From assembly GCA_964016885.1 (NCBI GenBank), contig OZ024740.1, positions 50,592,001 to 50,656,000 of the forward strand: a DNA stretch of 64,000 nucleotides, in the 5' to 3' direction. Positions 57,901-64,000 of this stretch are shown one piece after another. How positions within the stretch are numbered: position 1 is the first letter of the stretch; each line of letters begins with the position of its first letter. The translations under genes and the position numbers were made by a program. The stretch is from Eledone cirrhosa. Lineage: Eukaryota. Under the pieces are notes generated by a model. The model made no database searches and was not told where the DNA came from. It saw only the letters and a list, made by a program, of their open reading frames with translations.

Positions 57901-60900
57901 TACAAAAAGCACCTAGTCCACACTGTAAAGTGATCTTGTAGGTGTCATTACAAAAAGCACCTAGTCCACATAGTAAAGTGATCTTGTATGTGTCATTACA
58001 AAAAGCACCTAGTCCACACTGTAAAGTGATCTTGTAGGTGTCATTACAAAAAGCACCTAGTTCACATTGTAAAGTGATCTTGTAGGTGTCATTACAAAAA
58101 GCACCTACTCCACACTGTAAAGTGATCTTGTAGGTGTCATTACAAAAAGCACCCAGTCCACACTGTAAAGTGGTCTTGTAGGTGTCATTACAAAAAGCAC
58201 CCAGTCCACACTGCAAAGTGGTCTTGTAGATGTCATTACAAAAAGCACCCAGTCCACACTGCAAAGTGGTCTTGTAGGTGTCATTACAAAAAGCACCCAG
58301 TCCACACTGTAAAGTGGTCTTGTAGGTGTCATTACAAAATGCACCTAGTCCACACTGTAAAGTGGTCTTGTAGATGTCATTACAAAAAGCACCCAGTCCA
58401 CACTGGAAAGTGGTTTTGTAGGTGTCATTACAAAAAGCACCCAGTCCACACTGTAAAGTGGTCTTCTAGGTGTCATTACAAAATGCACCTAGTCCACACT
58501 GTAAAGTGGTCTTGTAGATGTCATTACAAAAAGCACCCAGTCCACACTGCAAAGTGATTTTGTAGGTGTCATTACAAAAAGCACCCAGTCCACACTGCAA
58601 AGTGGTCTTGTAGGTGTCATTACAAAAAGCACCCAGTCCACACTGTAAAGTGATCTTGTAGGTGTCATTACAAAAAGCACCAAGTCCACACTGTTAAGTG
58701 GTCTTGTAGGTGTCATTACAAAAAGCACCCAATCCACATTGTAAAGTGGTCTTGTAGGTGTCATTACAAAAAGCACATAGTCCACACTGTAAAGTGATCT
58801 TCTAGGTGTCATTACAAAAAGCACCCAGTCCACACTGTAAAGTGGTCTTGTAGGTGTCATTACAAAAAGCACCCAGTCCACACTGTAAAGTGCTCTTGTA
58901 GGTGTCATTAGAGAAAGCACCTAGTTCACACTGTAAAGTGATCTTCTAGGTGTCATTACAAAAAGCACCCAGTCCACACTGTAAAGTGGTCTTGTAGATG
59001 TCATTACAAAATGCACCTAGACCACACTGTAAAGTGGTCTTGTAGATGTCATTACAAAATGCACCTAATCCACACTGTAAAGTGGTCTTGTAGGTGTCAT
59101 TACAAAAAGCACCCAGTCCACACTGTAAAGTGGTCTTGTAGGTGTCATTACAAAAAGCACCTAGTCCACACTGTAAAGTGATCTTCTAGGTGTCATTACA
59201 AAAAGCACCTAGTCCACACTGTAAAGTGATCTGCTAGGTGTCATTACAAAAAGCACCCAGTACACACTGTAAAGTGGTCTTGTAGGTGTCATTACAAAAA
59301 GCACCTAGTCCACACTGTAAAGTGATCTTCTAGGTGTCATTACAAAAAGCCCCCAGTCCACACTGTAAAGTGGTCTTGTAGGTATCATTACAAAAAGCAC
59401 CTAGTCCACACTGTAAAGTGATCTTCTAGGTGTCATTACAAAAAGCACACAGTCCACACTGTAAAGTGGTCTTGTAGGTGTCATTACAAAAAGCACCTAG
59501 TCCACACTGTAAAGTTATCTTCTAGGTGTCATTACAAAAAGCACCCAGTCCACACTGTAAAGTGGTCTTGTAGGTGTCATTACAAAAAGCACCCAGTCCA
59601 CACTGTAAAGTGGTCTTGTAGGTGTCATTACAAAAAGCACCTAGTCCACACTGTAAAGTGATCTTCTAGGTGTCATTACAAAAAGCACCTAGTCCACACT
59701 GTAAAGTGATCTTGTAGGTGTCATTACAAAAAGCACACAGTCCACACCGTAAAGTGGTCTTGTAGGTGTCATTACAAAAAGCACCTGTAAAGTGATTTTC
59801 TAGGTGTCATTACAAAAAGCACCTAGTCCACACTGTAAAGTGGTCTTGTAGGTGTCATTACAAAAAGCACCCAGTCAAAACTGTAAAGTGGTCGTGTAGG
59901 TGTCATTACAAAAAGCATCTAGTCCACATTGTAAAGTGATCTTGTAGGTGTCATTACAAAAAGCACCTAGTCCAAACTGTAAAGTGGTCTTGTAGATGTC
60001 ATTACAAAAAGCACCCAGTCCACACTGTAAAGTGGTCTTGTAGGTGTTATTACAAAAAGCACCCAGTCAAAACTGTAAAGTGGTCGTGTAGGTGTCATTA
60101 CAAAAAGCATCTAGTCCACATTGTAAAGTGATCTTGTAGGTGTCATTACAAAAAGCACCTAGTCCAAATTGTAAAGTGGTCTTGTAGATGTCATTACAAA
60201 AAGCACCCAGTCCAAACTGTAAAGTGGTCGTGTAGGTGTCATTACAAAAAGCACCTAGTCCACACTGTAAAGTGATCTTGTAGGTGTCATTATAAAAAGC
60301 ATCTAGTTCACATTGTAAAGTGATCTTGTAGGTGTCATTACAAAAAGCACCTAGTCCAAACTGTAAAGTGGTCTTGTAGATGTCATTACAAAAAGCACCC
60401 AGTCCACACTGTAAAGTGGTCTTGTAGGTGTCATTACAAAAAGCACACAGTCCACACTCTAAAGTGGTCTTGTAGGTGTCATTACAAAAAGCACCCAGTC
60501 CACACCGTAAAGTGATCTTGTAGGTGTCATTACAAAAAGCACGCAGTCCAATCTGTAAAGTGGTATTGTAGGTGTCATTACAAAAAGCACCCAGTCCAAA
60601 CTGTAAAGTGGTCGTGTAGGTGTCATTACAAAAAGCATCTAGTCCACATTGAAAAGTGATCTTGTAGGTGTCATTACAAAAAGCACCTAGTCCAAACTGT
60701 AAAGTGGTCTTGTAGATGTCATTACAAAAAGCACCCAGACCACACTGTAAAGTGGTCTTGTAGGTGTCATTACAAAAAGCACCCAGTCAAAACTGTAAAG
60801 TGGTCGTGTAGGTGTCATTACAAAAAGCATCTAGTCCACATTGTAAAGTGATCTTGTAGGTGTCATTACAAAAAGCACCTAGTCCAAACTGTAAAGTGGT

Positions 60901-63900
60901 CTTGTAGATGTCATTACAAAAAGCACCCAGTCCACACTGTAAAGTGGTCTTGTAGGTGTCATTACAAAAAGCACCCAGTCAAAACTGTAAAGTGGTCGTG
61001 TAGGTATCATTACAAAAAGCATCTAGTCCACATTGTAAAGTGATCTTGTAGGTGTCATTACAAAAAGCACCTAGTCCAAACTATAAAGTGGTCTTGTAGA
61101 TGTCATTACAAAAAGCATCCAGTCCACACTGTAAAGTGGTCTTGTAGGTGTCATTAGAAAAAGCACACAGTCCACACTCTAAAGTGGTCTTGTAGGTGTC
61201 ATTACAAAAAGCACCCAGTCCACACTGTAAAGTGGTCTTGTAGGTGTCATTACAAAAAGCACCCAGTCCAATCTGTAGAGTGGTCTTGTAGGTGTCATTA
61301 CGAAAAGCACCCAGTCCAAACTGTAAAGTGGTCGTGTAGGTGTCATTACAAAAAGCACCTAGTCCACACTGTAAAGTGATCTTGTAGGCGTCATTATATA
61401 AACACCTAGTCCACACTGTAAAGTGATCTTGTAGGTGTCATTACAAAAAGCACCTAGTCCACATTGTAAAGTGATCTTGTAGGTGTCATTACAAAAAGGA
61501 CCAAGTCCACACTGTTAAGTGGTCTTGTAGGTGTCATTACAAAAAGCATCTAGTCCACACTGTAAAGTGGTCTTGTAGATATCATTACAAAAAGCACCCA
61601 GTCCAAACTGTAAAGTGATCTTGTAGGTGTCATTACAAAAAGCACCCAGTCCACACTGTAAAGTGGTCTTGTAGGTGTCATTACAAAAAGCACCTAGTCC
61701 ACACTGTAAAGTGATCTTGTAGGTGTCATTACAAAAAGCACCCAATCCACATTGTAAAGTGGTCTTCTAAGTGTCATTACAAAAAGCACCCAGTCCACAC
61801 TGTAAAGTGGTCTTGTAGGTGTCATTACAAAAACACCCAGTCCACACTGTAAAGTGGTCTTGTAAGTGTCATTACAAAAAGCACCTAGTCCACACTGTAA
61901 AGTGGTATTGTAGATGTCACTACAAAAAGCACCCAGTCCAAACTGTAAAGTGGTCGTTAAGGTGTGATTACAAAAAGCATCTAGTCCACATTGTAAAGTG
62001 AAATTGTAGGTGTCATTACAAAAAGAACCTAGTCCAAACTGTAAAGTGATCTTCTAGGTGTCATTACAAAAAGCACCCAGTCCACACTGTAAAGTGGTCT
62101 TGTAGGTGTCATTACAAAAAGCACCTAGTCCACACTGTAAAGTTATCTTCTAGGTGTCATTACAAAAAGCACCCAGTCCACACTGTAAAGTGGTCTTGTA
62201 GGTGTCATTACAAAAAGCACCCAGTCCACACTGTAAAGTGGTCTTGTAGGTGTCATTACAAAAAGCACCTAGTCCACACTGTAAAGTGATCTTCTAGGTG
62301 TCATTACAAAAAGCACCTAGTCCACACTGTAAAGTGATCTTGTAGGTGTCATTACAAAAAGCACACAGTCCACACCGTAAAGTGGTCTTGTAGGTGTCAT
62401 TACAAAAAGCACCTGTAAAGTGATTTTCTAGGTGTCATTACAAAAAGCACCTAGTCCACACTGTAAAGTGGTCTTGTAGGTGTCATTACAAAAAGCACCC
62501 AGTCAAAACTGTAAAGTGGTCGTGTAGGTGTCATTACAAAAAGCATCTAGTCCACATTGTAAAGTGATCTTGTAGGTGTCATTACAAAAAGCACCTAGTC
62601 CAAACTGTAAAGTGGTCTTGTAGATGTCATTACAAAAAGCACCCAGTCCACACTGTAAAGTGGTCTTGTAGGTGTTATTACAAAAAGCACCCAGTCAAAA
62701 CTGTAAAGTGGTCGTGTAGGTGTCATTACAAAAAGCATCTAGTCCACATTGTAAAGTGATCTTGTAGGTGTCATTACAAAAAGCACCTAGTCCAAATTGT
62801 AAAGTGGTCTTGTAGATGTCATTACAAAAAGCACCCAGTCCAAACTGTAAAGTGGTCGTGTAGGTGTCATTACAAAAAGCACCTAGTCCACACTGTAAAG
62901 TGATCTTGTAGGTGTCATTATAAAAAGCATCTAGTTCACATTGTAAAGTGATCTTGTAGGTGTCATTACAAAAAGCACCTAGTCCAAACTGTAAAGTGGT
63001 CTTGTAGATGTCATTACAAAAAGCACCCAGTCCACACTGTAAAGTGGTCTTGTAGGTGTCATTACAAAAAGCACCCAGTCAAAACTGTAAAGTGGTCGTG
63101 TAGGTGTCATTACAAAAAGCATCTAGTCCACATTGTAAAGTGATCTTGTAGGTGTCATTACAAAAAGCACCTAGTCCAAACTGTAAAGTGGTCTTGTAGA
63201 TGTCATTACAAAAAGCACCCAGTCCACACTGTAAAGTGGTCTTGTAGGTGTTATTACAAAAAGCACCCAGTCAAAACTGTAAAGTGGTCGTGTAGGTGTC
63301 ATTACAAAAAGCATCTAGTCCACATTGTAAAGTGATCTTGTAGGTGTCATTACAAAAAGCACCTAGTCCAAATTGTAAAGTGGTCTTGTAGATGTCATTA
63401 CAAAAAGCACCCAGTCCAAACTGTAAAGTGGTCGTGTAGGTGTCATTACAAAAAGCACCTAGTCCACACTGTAAAGTGATCTTGTAGGTGTCATTATAAA
63501 AAGCATCTAGTTCACATTGTAAAGTGATCTTGTAGGTGTCATTACAAAAAGCACCTAGTCCAAACTGTAAAGTGGTCTTGTAGATGTCATTACAAAAAGC
63601 ACCCAGTCCACACTGTAAAGTGGTCTTGTAGGTGTCATTACAAAAAGCACCCAGTCAAAACTGTAAAGTGGTCGTGTAGGTGTCATTACAAAAAGCATCT
63701 AGTCCACATTGTAAAGTGATCTTGTAGGTGTCATTACAAAAAGCACCTAGTCCAAACTGTAAAGTGGTCTTGTAGATGTCATTACAAAAAGCACCCAGTC
63801 CACACTGTAAAGTGGTCTTGTAGGTGTCATTACAAAAAGCACCCAGTCAAAACTGTAAAGTGGTCGTGTAGGTGTCATTACAAAAAGCATCTAGTCCACA

Positions 63901-64000
63901 TTGTAAAGTGATCTTGTAGGTGTCATTACAAAAAGCACCTAGTCCAAACTATAAAGTGGTCTTGTAGATGTCATTACAAAAAGCATCCAGTCCACACTGT
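36935..64000. repeat. 48-bp satellite (aggtgtcattacaaaaagcaccYagtccacactgtaaagtgRtcttgt), >560 monomers with higher-order repeats; runs off the window
   Basis: Uninterrupted 48-bp periodicity; diagnostic variant blocks recur at +6084 and +6612 bp. Confidence 0.99.

Noticed and set aside
36935-64000. CRISPR array or Cys-rich 16-aa repeat protein (QCGLGAFCNDTYKTTL)
   Set aside because: No unique spacers and no cas genes in a eukaryotic context. The 48-bp monomer is divisible by 3, so ORFs arise by chance and are broken by stops.

Overview
AT-rich, repeat-dominated animal DNA with no recognisable host gene. The SINE, RTE and microsatellite content suggests an octopus-like cephalopod (inference from composition only). 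1-16.3 kb is a (TA)n microsatellite field holding two 5'-truncated RTE LINEs, which carry a PHD-like Cys/His finger inside the RT, and two unrelated arrays of near-identical 591-bp and 422-bp units. Every complete unit carries a type I hammerhead ribozyme with a palindromic stem III. Both arrays share one architecture: a multimer in one orientation fused 5'-to-5' with a multimer in the opposite orientation, the outer ends joined to (TA)n through microhomology at arbitrary points of the unit. This fits non-autonomous retrozyme/Penelope-type circular RNAs copied by two-ended rolling-circle reverse transcription (inference). Two more solo hammerheads (16.1 kb, 20.7 kb) and a decayed GIY-YIG Penelope-like element (23.1-24.0 kb) are nearby. 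16-37 kb is a mosaic of tRNA-derived SINEs, RTE and CR1 fragments, a hAT MITE and a (CAC/CAT)n tract. 36.9 kb to the window end is a >27-kb 48-bp satellite with 6.1-6.6-kb higher-order repeats; its monomer is homologous to a sub-repeat in the RTE 3' UTR. All RNA folds were derived by eye.
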